64,000 nt of DNA from Bacilli bacterium (GTDB taxonomy: Bacteria > Bacillota_I > Bacilli_A > RFN20 > UBA1709), in contig JBMNFL010000001.1 of the NCBI GenBank assembly GCA_050949315.1, forward strand, positions 322,043-386,042, in the 5' to 3' direction. The notes under the pieces are model-generated. The model did not search any database. It was not told the DNA's origin and was given only the letters and a program-made list of their open reading frames with translations. Made by a program: the position numbers and the translations under genes. Every line of letters begins with the position of its first letter. Within the stretch, counting starts at the first letter, position 1. Below, piece after piece: positions 35,093 to 44,003 of the stretch.

Positions 35093-37624
35093 TTAACTTC
35101 CTTTTTTAACACGTTTTTTGGGGGCTTTTTTAGGACCCGATCTTGCTGAATAGCGTTTTTTCTTAACTTTCACTTCTTCAGTTATAACTTCTGTTTCCTG
35201 AACAGGCTCTTGTTCTTCTTCAACTACTGGTTCTGAAACAGTTTCCTTTTCTTCTTCAACCACTGGTTCTGAAACAGTTTCCTTTTCTTCTTCAACCACT
35301 GGTTCTGAAACAGCTTCTTTTTCTTCTACAAGCGGAACTGGTTTAGAAATTTCTTCTTCGGAAACTGTGGTTTCAGTTTGAATCTCATCTTCTATACGCT
35401 TACCATCAACATCCGTGACAAGATTTTGGGTCGCGACATATTTCATATAGAGTTGTTCCAAACTCATTCCTTCTTCTCCAAGTTTTTTAATCTCCCATTC
35501 ACCAATCAGCTTTCCATGACCGATGATACAGATCTTATCACAAATCTTTTCTACCACTTCAATGACGTGGCTACTGAAGAAAACGATGTTGCCACGATTG
35601 GCATGGTCACGCATACATTCCTTAATTTGGAAAGAACTAGTTGGATCTAGACCTGTTAAAGGCTCATCTAGGATCCAAACTTTGGGATCGTGCATCAAAG
35701 AGGCGATGACGACAATTTTTTGTTTCATTCCATGGGAATAGCCTTTAATCTCGCGATCAATCGCATCCTGTAAATTAAACATCTTGACATACTTTTCAAA
35801 TCTTTCTTTCCGTTCTTCTTCGGGGACAAGATAAAGATTGGCGACATAATTGATATATTCTCGACCAGTAAGTTTTTCATACACCGCGTGATTGTCCGAG
35901 ACATAACCAATATTGAGTTTGGCGGCCACAGGTTGTTTTTCAATATCAAAACCACAGACAGAAATTGTTCCCTCCGTAATAGTTTGGATACCGACTATCG
36001 ACTTTATCGTGGTGGATTTACCCGCACCATTATGTCCAAGGAAGCCATAGACATCCCCGCCTCTAATGGTAAGTGAGAAATCGTCAACCGATCTTACTTT
36101 GGACCCACTATAAATTTTGGTAAAGTTACTAATCCGAATAACATCTTTGTCTTCGGGATATAGTGGCTCCGTTTTACTCATTTTATTTTTCATTCTACGT
36201 ATATTCATCCAACCCAGCCCCTTTTCTTTTTTAATCAAGTGTAAATTGTGATGGTCATCTGCTACCCTAAACATACCGAAGTAGAAGAGCCATTCAGCTA
36301 AAATAAAGACGGTATAAACAATATAGATACCAATCCAAAAGGTTTTATAAAATCTAAAGGTGTGCCCATGAATATCAACATAAGTGACATCCTCACGTAC
36401 ATTGGCAAAAAAGCGCCCAACATCTCCAAAAATTCGCTCTGGCACAACATCCTTAGCTACATCCACTAACTTGGTTTCATTCATGAAGAAGTAGTTGGCC
36501 CCCTCATTCCACCAGTAAGCATTAAGTAAGGTTACTATGGCGTAGTAGCAAGTAAAAGTTATCATGCACCAGATAATAGCTTTCATGTTTGGCCTAGGGA
36601 ATAAGCCTATCACCACCGCCACGATAGGTACCGTAAAGATGCTGGCATGCTCAAACCAGAAGTGCACCCCTAAAGAGGTGAAAAGCGATTTATCAACTGT
36701 TGGAGTAAGCATGGCAAAGAAAGCCCCTATCGTATTCACAAAAAATCCAAAGTAGAATAAGCGTTTTGATTTAAAGGTAAAGGTGATAACCATCAAAATT
36801 ACAGCCGCATGACAAAGGTGCAAAGGCATTGTTGATGGAGTAAATGGCCAAGAATAATAATAGAAGAACTGCACAAACATGATATAGACAAACATAGTGA
36901 GTACATAGTGTTTATCTTTAAATGGTCGATTTCTCAAAGTTATATAAGCCACTATAATCGTGGCAAAACAAACCACAAATATGCCGATATGCGTCTTATT
37001 GAAATCGCCGACAACTTCGCCAATGTCACCAAATAAATTGCCTAGGGTTCCATAGGGCATAATCAGGACACTAAGCACTAATCCATTAATTATCATCAAG
37101 AACAGCTGCTTGAAAAACGGTCGCCAGGTGCGACTTAGGAACTTGCGAACTAAATACATCGTGCCTAAAGCTAGACCTAAGACACATTCAATAGCAAACT
37201 GAATTTCACGTAAGCTGTAGGATGGAATATCAATGTAATCGAGAAAGGCATAAATATTAATATTGTAATAATAGATATTTAAAAAATAAACAACGGGAAC
37301 CACAAAGGCTGCAAGGTTTAATAAAGTCCTTCTTTTAAACCAAGGTGCCGTTACTAAAACCAGCACACACATCATAGTTACCGCCCTTAAGATGACAAGC
37401 ACATAATAAACATTCGCAGCAAAGATGCTGTTATTGAAACCAAGTACATCGTCAATCTTATCTTCTTGGAACAATCTTACGAGATAACAAGCCAAAAAGA
37501 TCAAGGAAAAAACCTTGGCGGTTACATCAAAGCGCTTACTGGATTTTGTTTTAAAATTACCTATTATGTTTAAAAGGATGGCAAGAATTGCTGCTGCAAT
37601 AAATAGCCATATTCTAACTGTCAC
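35093..37624 (-). CDS. fusion of an unknown ~480-aa polytopic membrane domain with an ABC ATPase (NBD) and an acidic repeat tail
   Basis: GTG start with SD GAGG; about 12 predicted TM helices; then GHNGAGKST Walker A, LSGGxK-like signature, ILDEP Walker B; C-terminus (ETVSEPVVEEEK)x3 followed by a Lys-rich end. Confidence 0.75.
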   Translation of the reverse strand: MTVRIWLFIAAAILAILLNIIGNFKTKSSKRFDVTAKVFSLIFLACYLVRLFQEDKIDDVLGFNNSIFAANVYYVLVILRAVTMMCVLVLVTAPWFKRRTLLNLAAFVVPVVYFLNIYYYNINIYAFLDYIDIPSYSLREIQFAIECVLGLALGTMYLVRKFLSRTWRPFFKQLFLMIINGLVLSVLIMPYGTLGNLFGDIGEVVGDFNKTHIGIFVVCFATIIVAYITLRNRPFKDKHYVLTMFVYIMFVQFFYYYSWPFTPSTMPLHLCHAAVILMVITFTFKSKRLFYFGFFVNTIGAFFAMLTPTVDKSLFTSLGVHFWFEHASIFTVPIVAVVIGLFPRPNMKAIIWCMITFTCYYAIVTLLNAYWWNEGANYFFMNETKLVDVAKDVVPERIFGDVGRFFANVREDVTYVDIHGHTFRFYKTFWIGIYIVYTVFILAEWLFYFGMFRVADDHHNLHLIKKEKGLGWMNIRRMKNKMSKTEPLYPEDKDVIRISNFTKIYSGSKVRSVDDFSLTIRGGDVYGFLGHNGAGKSTTIKSIVGIQTITEGTISVCGFDIEKQPVAAKLNIGYVSDNHAVYEKLTGREYINYVANLYLVPEEERKERFEKYVKMFNLQDAIDREIKGYSHGMKQKIVVIASLMHDPKVWILDEPLTGLDPTSSFQIKECMRDHANRGNIVFFSSHVIEVVEKICDKICIIGHGKLIGEWEIKKLGEEGMSLEQLYMKYVATQNLVTDVDGKRIEDEIQTETTVSEEEISKPVPLVEEKEAVSEPVVEEEKETVSEPVVEEEKETVSEPVVEEEQEPVQETEVITEEVKVKKKRYSARSGPKKAPKKRVKKGS
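35215..35325 (-). repeat. 36-bp tandem repeat x3 (encodes ETVSEPVVEEEK)
   Basis: three near-identical in-frame 36-nt units starting at 35221, 35257 and 35293. Confidence 0.85.
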
Positions 37625-37704
37625 TATTATTCAACCTCACAATCAAAAGGCGCAATACGCCCAAAAATGATAGCGTACCTTCACACTATCTGATTATGAG
37701 ATTC

Positions 37705-38172
37705 TCAGCACAAAAATGTAACGTTAACTATATAGCGTAATGTGTTTTTTCTATTGATTAATTTTAAATGATAATAATTTTTAGAAGTGGCTTTTTCTGG
37801 TTTATCCTCGCTGTTCGCAACAAGCACTTTCTCGCAGAATATAGTTGAAATCAAAACTGAAAAGACTAGGGGGAGAATAGTTGTCCCTCTTAGTCCAGCA
37901 AAAGAAATTTGTTTTAAGAAGCCGCTGAGACCCTTACTAACGAATAATTCATCGAAATTTGCGCTACTTGTTAGGGTTCGGAAGTTGGCAACCAAAAAAG
38001 GTAAATCCATGGCCATACAAGTTAAAAGCAAGATACAAATTGAAGAGAAAACGCCAACGAGAACAGCAATTATTTTATTTTTAAGACAGCGTCTTAACAA
38101 TGCGAAAAGGCGCCTTAGTCCAACTATGGTAATAACAATTATTAACGCAATAAACAACAAATGGACTAGCAT
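37705..38172 (-). CDS. hypothetical small membrane protein (first gene of the surface operon?)
   Basis: 155-aa hydrophobic ORF; SD GAGGAGG upstream; the overlapping plus-strand ORF was judged a shadow. Confidence 0.45.
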   Translation of the reverse strand: MLVHLLFIALIIVITIVGLRRLFALLRRCLKNKIIAVLVGVFSSICILLLTCMAMDLPFLVANFRTLTSSANFDELFVSKGLSGFLKQISFAGLRGTTILPLVFSVLISTIFCEKVLVANSEDKPEKATSKNYYHLKLINRKNTLRYIVNVTFLC

Positions 38173-38230
38173 TCGCTTTTTTCCTCCTCAATCTGCTTTA
38201 TGACATTTTAACATATATTTTTAAAAAGAC

Positions 38231-38246
38231 AATATCTAAAGATATT
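38231..38246. promoter_or_regulatory. palindrome AATATCTAAAGATATT in the divergent promoter region
   Basis: perfect 7+7 inverted repeat; shares the ATATCT/AGATAT half-site with the trkA leader palindrome. Confidence 0.3.
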
Positions 38247-38349
38247 ATATTTGTATGCCAATCAAAATTTCTACCAAAATCCCGCCACAATTAAGAAAAG
38301 TTTTTTTATGACTTTTTATCCTTTGTTCCTAAAAAACAAGCCGAATACC

Positions 38350-38407
38350 TTGACAAAAAGGAAGAAAAGTTTTATAAATGCAGTATATCTATCAGAAATA
38401 GATATAC
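38350..38407 (+). promoter_or_regulatory. trkA promoter (TTGACA-17-TATAAA) followed by 10-bp perfect palindrome GTATATCTAT-N5-ATAGATATAC at the transcription start
   Basis: -35 at 38350-55, -10 at 38373-78, palindrome at 38383-38407, SD at 38414. Confidence 0.45.
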
Positions 38408-38424
38408 ATAACCGAGGTGGACTT

Positions 38425-39780
38425 ATGAATATTATAGTAGTTGGAGATGGCAAAGTCGGCCGAGCTATAGTCAGTCATATCAGCAAAGAAAATCACAATA
38501 TTGTTGTCATTGATAAAAACCCCGATAACATTCAAACGGTAGTTAACCAGTTTGATGTTTTAGGTGTTGTCGGTAATGGTGTTAGCTACGATATTTTAAA
38601 AGAGGCCTCTGTCCATACTGCCGACTTATTTATTGCGGCTACCTCTAGTGATGAAATCAATCTTTTAGCCTGCGCCATCGCTAAGACGCTTGGTGCCAGC
38701 GATACCATAGCCCGTGTTCGTGATCCTGAATATTTAAACCAAGTCGCTTTCATGCGTAGAGAACTCGGCGTAACAATGACTATTAATCCTGAGTATTCAA
38801 CGGCTCATGAAATTCTCAATATGATCCAAATCCCCGCCGCCTTAAAGATAGAAACTTTTGCTAATGGGCGCGCTGAAATGATGGAGATCTATGTTGAAGA
38901 TAAAAGTCCATTGGCGGGAATAAATTTAATTCAGTTGCGACAAAAATATCCTCTACCCTTCCTAGTCTGCGCGGTTCAACGCGGGGAAGAGGTTTTTATT
39001 CCAGGTGGCGATTTTGTTATTCAAGCAAATGATAAAATTCATATCTCTTCTTCTCGCAAGAATCTCACTCAACTCTTTAAGGAACTAGGCATTTTTAAGC
39101 GCCGACTTAATAATATTATGATTATTGGTGGGGGCAAAATTGGCTACTATCTCTGTGAACTTTTATTACAGAATAACTACAATGTCAAGATCATTGAAAA
39201 AGACCAAAAGCGCTGTGAGGAATTAAGCGACTTTTTCCCAAGAGCAGTTATCATTCATGCTGATGGCACTGACCAAGATGTGCTCAACCAAGAAGGTCTT
39301 AAAGAAGCCGATGCCATTGTAGCCCTTGCTAACATTGATGAGGAAAACATTGTCGTTTCCATGTATGCTCAGAAACAAGGTGTTAAAAAGGTTATCGCCA
39401 AAGTCAATCATTCTGGCTTACTGCAAATTATTGAAAGCGTTGATGTCGCCAGCACCATTTCCCCTAAAGATGTGGTAGCCGATGAAATCCTCAGTTATGT
39501 TCGCGCCAAAAGTAATATTCATGGCAATAATGTTAAAACTCTTTATAAATTAGTTAACGGTCAAGTCGAGGCCATAGAGTTCGAAGTTTGTGAAATGCCC
39601 CAAAAACTTGATTTGCCCTTAAAAGATTTAACTCTTAAAGACAACATCTTAATCGCCGCCATTATCCGTAATAATGAGGTCATTATTCCTGGTGGCAATG
39701 ATCAAATAAAATTAGATGATCGCGTAGTCGTGGTTAGCAGTCAGTATTATTTTGACGATTTAAGCGAAATTGTTAAATAG
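38425..39780 (+). CDS. trkA: Trk/Ktr potassium uptake regulatory subunit (two RCK modules)
   Basis: MNIIVVGDGKVGRAIV Rossmann N-terminus and a second IIGGGKIGYYL Rossmann; the ORF-track N-terminal extension covers the promoter. Confidence 0.8.
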   Translation: MNIIVVGDGKVGRAIVSHISKENHNIVVIDKNPDNIQTVVNQFDVLGVVGNGVSYDILKEASVHTADLFIAATSSDEINLLACAIAKTLGASDTIARVRDPEYLNQVAFMRRELGVTMTINPEYSTAHEILNMIQIPAALKIETFANGRAEMMEIYVEDKSPLAGINLIQLRQKYPLPFLVCAVQRGEEVFIPGGDFVIQANDKIHISSSRKNLTQLFKELGIFKRRLNNIMIIGGGKIGYYLCELLLQNNYNVKIIEKDQKRCEELSDFFPRAVIIHADGTDQDVLNQEGLKEADAIVALANIDEENIVVSMYAQKQGVKKVIAKVNHSGLLQIIESVDVASTISPKDVVADEILSYVRAKSNIHGNNVKTLYKLVNGQVEAIEFEVCEMPQKLDLPLKDLTLKDNILIAAIIRNNEVIIPGGNDQIKLDDRVVVVSSQYYFDDLSEIVK

Positions 39781-39790
39781 AAGGTAAACT

Positions 39791-41245
39791 ATGAACTATA
39801 AAGCTGTTCGCAACTTAATTGGTAAAATTTTAATGATTGTGGGTGCTCTAATGATTCTCCCACTTTTTGTGGCTTTAATCGAAAATGAAGGCTGGCAAAA
39901 TTATTTAGCTTTTCTTGTTCCTATAGCCGCTTTAGAAATCTGTGGTTTATTACTTAGAATTAAAACCAATAAGTCTACCAACTTTCAAGCCAAAGAAGCC
40001 TTTGTTATCGTCGGCCTTTCTTGGCTTTTAATGACTTTATTTGGGGCCCTTCCTTTTGTTATTTCAGGTGATATCCCAAACTTTGTTGACGCGATTTTTG
40101 AAACCGCCTCTGGCTTTACCACCACAGGAGCTAGCATTTTAACCGACATTGAAGCGACAACTAAGAGTGCCCTTTTTTGGCGTTCTTTTACTAACTGGAT
40201 TGGTGGCATGGGCGTACTTGTCTTTGTACTCGCTATTATCCCCGAATCTAAACAAGGTGCCGCTGTTTTTCTTTTAAAAGCTGAAAGTCCCGGCCCTCAG
40301 GTTAATAAACTGGTTTCTAAAATGCGCTTTTCGGCCCGCATTCTCTATCTTATCTATATCGGTCTAACTATCTTAGAATTCATTTTCCTACTTTTTGGAA
40401 AAATGGAAATCTTTGAAGCGATTACTCTTTCCTTTTCCACCGCGGGTACCGGCGGCTTTAGTATCCTTAACACCAGCGTGGCTAGCGCCAATGCTTTTTG
40501 CCAATATGTCATCGCCATTTTTATGATTATCTTTGGTATTAATTTTTCCCTTTTCTACTTTATTCTCATTGGCCGGAGTAAAGAATTTTTTAAGAGCGAA
40601 GAGTTACGGGTCTATCTTGGTATTGTTTTTTTCTCAACTATCATCATTATCTTAAATACCCTACCCCTTTATCACAATTTTGAAAGTAACTTCCGTACCG
40701 CTTTCTTCCAAGTTTCTTCCATTATCACCACCACTGGTTTTACCACTTATAACTATGAATTATGGCCCAGTTTTTCTCGCGCCATTCTCTTTTTCCTAAT
40801 GCTTATTGGGGCTTGTGCTGGTTCTACCGCTGGCGGTTTAAAAATCTCCCGTATAATCATTCTTGTAAAAAGCAGTGCTAACAGCCTCTCCCGAGCCGTT
40901 AATCCTCGTAAAGTTAAGCAGATCAAATTTGAGAACAAGGCACTTCCTAATGAGACTGTCAATGCTGTCTTGGCCTACTTTGTTATCTACATGGGAATTA
41001 TCTTTATTGTTGGTTTAATTGTTTCTTTAGATGGCTATGATTTACTGACGAATTTTTCGGCTTCTGTCGCCTGTATCTCTAATGTCGGCCCTGGCTTTAA
41101 ACTGGTTGGTCCAAGTGGCAATTACGCCATCTTTGGCACACTTTCTAAACTCAGTCTTTCCTTAGAAATGATTCTCGGTCGTTTGGAACTCTTCCCAATT
41201 CTTATTCTCTTTAATCCTAAGACTTGGATTAATGGGCGCTGGTAA
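39791..41245 (+). CDS. trkH: TrkH/KtrB potassium transporter
   Basis: 484 aa; repeated M-P-M selectivity-like segments (TTTGFTT...). Confidence 0.85.
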   Translation: MNYKAVRNLIGKILMIVGALMILPLFVALIENEGWQNYLAFLVPIAALEICGLLLRIKTNKSTNFQAKEAFVIVGLSWLLMTLFGALPFVISGDIPNFVDAIFETASGFTTTGASILTDIEATTKSALFWRSFTNWIGGMGVLVFVLAIIPESKQGAAVFLLKAESPGPQVNKLVSKMRFSARILYLIYIGLTILEFIFLLFGKMEIFEAITLSFSTAGTGGFSILNTSVASANAFCQYVIAIFMIIFGINFSLFYFILIGRSKEFFKSEELRVYLGIVFFSTIIIILNTLPLYHNFESNFRTAFFQVSSIITTTGFTTYNYELWPSFSRAILFFLMLIGACAGSTAGGLKISRIIILVKSSANSLSRAVNPRKVKQIKFENKALPNETVNAVLAYFVIYMGIIFIVGLIVSLDGYDLLTNFSASVACISNVGPGFKLVGPSGNYAIFGTLSKLSLSLEMILGRLELFPILILFNPKTWINGRW

Positions 41246-41254
41246 TAAAAAGTT

Positions 41255-41284
41255 TTGGCATTAGCTTAATGGCTATGCTATAAT
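41255..41284 (+). promoter_or_regulatory. promoter of tRNA-Glu (TTGGCA-18-TATAAT)
   Basis: consensus-like boxes about 18 nt upstream of the tRNA 5' end. Confidence 0.45.
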
Positions 41285-41301
41285 GCACTTGCTACTTTTA
41301 A

Positions 41302-41376
41302 GGCCCCATGGTCAAGAGGTCAAGACGAGACCCTCTCAAGGTCTAATCCCGAGTTCGATTCTCGGTGGGGTCACCA
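41302..41376 (+). tRNA. tRNA-Glu(CUC)
   Basis: manual cloverleaf: acceptor GGCCCCA/UGGGGUC, D-arm GUCAAGAGGUCAAGAC, anticodon stem AGACC/GGUCU with loop CUCUCAA, T-arm CCGAG-UUCGAUU-CUCGG, encoded CCA; close to the E. coli/B. subtilis tRNA-Glu scaffold. Confidence 0.75.
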
Positions 41377-41387
41377 CTTAAAAAAAA

Positions 41388-41420
41388 GAGGATGTAAGTC
41401 AAAATCTCACATCCTTTTTA
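41388..41420. terminator. bidirectional terminator (tRNA-Glu / abiEii)
   Basis: GGAUGUAAG-loop-CUCACAUCC hairpin with A8 upstream and U5 downstream. Confidence 0.6.
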
Positions 41421-41437
41421 TTATCTATAAACGTCTT

Positions 41438-42301
41438 TCATTGAGCTTTTAATTCCTTTAAAGTAGAAATAAATAGTTCAGCCTTCCAAAGATTTAAACT
41501 GTCCTTATCACTGATAAAACTAGCGACATCTTTTTTGGCGGCTTCATAATCAATCTCAGCAAACTTTTCTTTTAAAAGTTCTCTTACCATCTCTAATGTA
41601 AGAGTGGCATCACTATCAATTTTGCCAGTATCTTTTAATTTATTTTCTAAGTATCTGAGATTAAATTTGCTGCCCTTACTGACATAGAAAAGATAGTCAT
41701 AATAATCTCGACCCTTTACCTGCTTCTTATAACTACGACAGAGAAGGGCATGAATCTTGCCTGCAAATAAACTTGCTTCATCAAAAATTTGAATCTCATA
41801 AGGTGCTGGCAACATTCTAAAAGCAATTTCTGTTGTTCCACCACTAGGATTATCAACATCTACTTCAAATTTGATTTTTATCTTTTGATTGGCTATCACT
41901 TTTTTAGCATCTTCGCTTCTAGGGAAGAAGGACATCATAAGCACAGCTGTATTTCCTTTTAAAAAAGCCCGCTGAACCTTTTTTACCCGACTGTCTTTGG
42001 ATTCGACATTAATCTCAATACCATAGGAAAGAAACTCTTTTTCAAGAGCCGGTAAATAAGCCGCCAGTTTAAAGGTTTCATCCTTTTCTAACAAGGCAAA
42101 ATCTAAATCTTCACTAAACCGGTTTAATTGGTGAAATATTCTTAAACAACTGCCACCATAAAAGGCGGCCTTCTTAAAAAAGCCTCCTCTAGATAAGCCC
42201 GCCAAGGCAATTTCTTGAATTATCTCCTTAATGGCATTTTCTCTTTCTTGGTTGTTTTGAGGCCTATATTTATTCAACATTATGGCGATGGCATTATTCA
42301 T
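41438..42301 (-). CDS. abiEii: AbiEii/AbiGii nucleotidyltransferase toxin (type IV TA)
   Basis: FYGGSCLRI...RFSEDLDFAL NTase motif; 287 aa; overlaps the upstream partner by 8 nt. Confidence 0.8.
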   Translation of the reverse strand: MNNAIAIMLNKYRPQNNQERENAIKEIIQEIALAGLSRGGFFKKAAFYGGSCLRIFHQLNRFSEDLDFALLEKDETFKLAAYLPALEKEFLSYGIEINVESKDSRVKKVQRAFLKGNTAVLMMSFFPRSEDAKKVIANQKIKIKFEVDVDNPSGGTTEIAFRMLPAPYEIQIFDEASLFAGKIHALLCRSYKKQVKGRDYYDYLFYVSKGSKFNLRYLENKLKDTGKIDSDATLTLEMVRELLKEKFAEIDYEAAKKDVASFISDKDSLNLWKAELFISTLKELKAQ

Positions 42302-42887
42302 AGTTATATTCCTTTCTAATTAACTTTATTAAAAGATTTAAATTAGTTCTTTTGTATAGTTTGGCCAGTCTTATCATTAACTTAAAATCACAAGATGAAA
42401 ATTCATCTTGATCAATTCTTTTATCAATAAATAACAGTTCCTTTAATTCCTTAATACTGCCCACCACTCTCCACTTGTAAAGAGAATCACAAATAGCCTT
42501 TTCTTTCGTGGCCATCTTTACTAGATAATCGCCCTCTTTTAAATAAGTTAAGCCTTCAGAAAAAGCGGCAGCTGGAATATCGCTGTATTCATATCGGCCT
42601 AACTTATTTTCAAAACATTTATTCTTTCTTAAACCTAAAGAGGCCGAGGTAATGGCGAAAACTTTCTCGGGAATCAAACCATAATACGACAAGGCATAAT
42701 CAAAACTTAGATATGATGGTGATAAGATAGAAGAGGCTAGTAAGCAGGGATTAATACTACTATCCCTAACATAAAGGCTTCTATTTAAGCGAATGAGAGC
42801 ACCACTAGCAGCATCACGCTTAATTTTATCTAAGGGATTAGCATAATCGGCATATTCTTTCTTTAACATCGAAGTTGTAACTAGCAT
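42294..42887 (-). CDS. abiEi: AbiEi antitoxin (type IV TA)
   Basis: 197-aa protein of AbiEi size and position immediately upstream of abiEii. Confidence 0.7.
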   Translation of the reverse strand: MLVTTSMLKKEYADYANPLDKIKRDAASGALIRLNRSLYVRDSSINPCLLASSILSPSYLSFDYALSYYGLIPEKVFAITSASLGLRKNKCFENKLGRYEYSDIPAAAFSEGLTYLKEGDYLVKMATKEKAICDSLYKWRVVGSIKELKELLFIDKRIDQDEFSSCDFKLMIRLAKLYKRTNLNLLIKLIRKEYNYE

Positions 42888-42979
42888 ATTTGCACCTCCA
42901 AATACAATTTTATTGGATTTCGTGGAGATTTCAAGTATATTTTATCAAATATTTAATAAAATCAAGTTTTTTAAGCAAA

Positions 42980-43012
42980 TTCAAATAAAAACAGGAACCT
43001 TAATGATTCCTG
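42980..43012 (-). terminator. terminator of the rbfA-HAD transcript
   Basis: CAGGAA-loop-UUCCUG hairpin followed by UUUUUAUUU on the minus strand. Confidence 0.5.
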
Positions 43013-43026
43013 CCCTTGAAAATTTC

Positions 43027-43653
43027 TTATAACAACTCTTTAAAAGAATAGATGTAACGATCACAAAAGACCTTCATCTCTTCTTGGTATCTTTTACTTA
43101 AATCATCATAGACACCATAGACGACAAAGCCGGCCTTTTTAGCTACCAGTGAAAAGCGAACATTATCTTCAAAAACCACACACTCATGTGGCTTGTATCC
43201 TAATCTTTCCGCACATTTAAGATAGATGTCGGGCCTAAATTTACCCACGCCCGCTTCTTCTTCATCCATCAAAAATTCAAAATATGAACTGAGTCCTAAA
43301 TGCTCTATAGCCTTAAGGGCCATAAAACGCGGGGTTGCTGTTGCTACACACATCTTAATCTTCTTCTTTTTATTGGCTTTGAGATAAGGGATTACGCCTT
43401 CTTTTATTTTGACCTTTGTCGCATAAAAATCCGTCATGACCTGATACCAACGCTCTTTAAATTCTTGCTTTTCTTCTTCTGTTAAATTTTGAGAAATGTG
43501 TCTAACGATCTCTTGCGAAGACATCTTTTGCATCTGCGCGATAAACTCAGGATCATCTTTTAAATAGGGCTCTGTAGCAATGCGCCCTGATTCATACCAG
43601 TGGGACATGGAATCCAAAAGGGTTCCATCCATATCAAAAATAATAGCTTTCAT
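43027..43653 (-). CDS. HAD-IA family hydrolase
   Basis: IIFDMDGTLLDS motif I and C-terminal FEDN motif. Confidence 0.75.
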   Translation of the reverse strand: MKAIIFDMDGTLLDSMSHWYESGRIATEPYLKDDPEFIAQMQKMSSQEIVRHISQNLTEEEKQEFKERWYQVMTDFYATKVKIKEGVIPYLKANKKKKIKMCVATATPRFMALKAIEHLGLSSYFEFLMDEEEAGVGKFRPDIYLKCAERLGYKPHECVVFEDNVRFSLVAKKAGFVVYGVYDDLSKRYQEEMKVFCDRYIYSFKELL

Positions 43654-43654
43654 C

Positions 43655-43987
43655 TTATTTCAAGGCCTCGAGAATTTTTTCAATTTTCTTACCATCTTCA
43701 TAAGAGGTGTCCTGAACAAAAATCAAGGCTGGACATTTATAGGTTTTTAAACGCCTGGCTAATTCCGTACGTAAATACCCCTTAGCCTGCTCTAAGGCCT
43801 CTAAAGTAGCCTTAACTTTCTGCTCCTCTAAAATTGAGACATAGACCTTAGCATAGGAATAATCTCTAGTGACTTCAACATTGGTAATCGTCACAAAACC
43901 AATCTTAGGATTCTTAACTTCAAATTCAATAATATCCGATAAATGCTTTAAAATCTGAACATTTAATTTATCAACTTTGTAAGACAC
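43655..43987 (-). CDS. rbfA: ribosome-binding factor A
   Basis: 110-aa KH-like protein downstream of infB. Confidence 0.9.
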   Translation of the reverse strand: MSYKVDKLNVQILKHLSDIIEFEVKNPKIGFVTITNVEVTRDYSYAKVYVSILEEQKVKATLEALEQAKGYLRTELARRLKTYKCPALIFVQDTSYEDGKKIEKILEALK

Positions 43988-44003
43988 AATATTACCCCCT
44001 TAA

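Noticed and set aside
37787-38203. 138-aa plus-strand ORF overlapping the 155-aa membrane-protein gene
   Set aside because: Highly basic, no RBS, opposite to operon direction; the minus-strand hydrophobic ORF with SD is preferred (still low confidence)
38251-38424. 58-aa N-terminal extension of trkA in the ORF track
   Set aside because: It covers the TTGACA-17-TATAAA promoter and operator palindrome; a strong SD precedes the internal ATG at 38425, which gives the canonical TrkA Rossmann N-terminus
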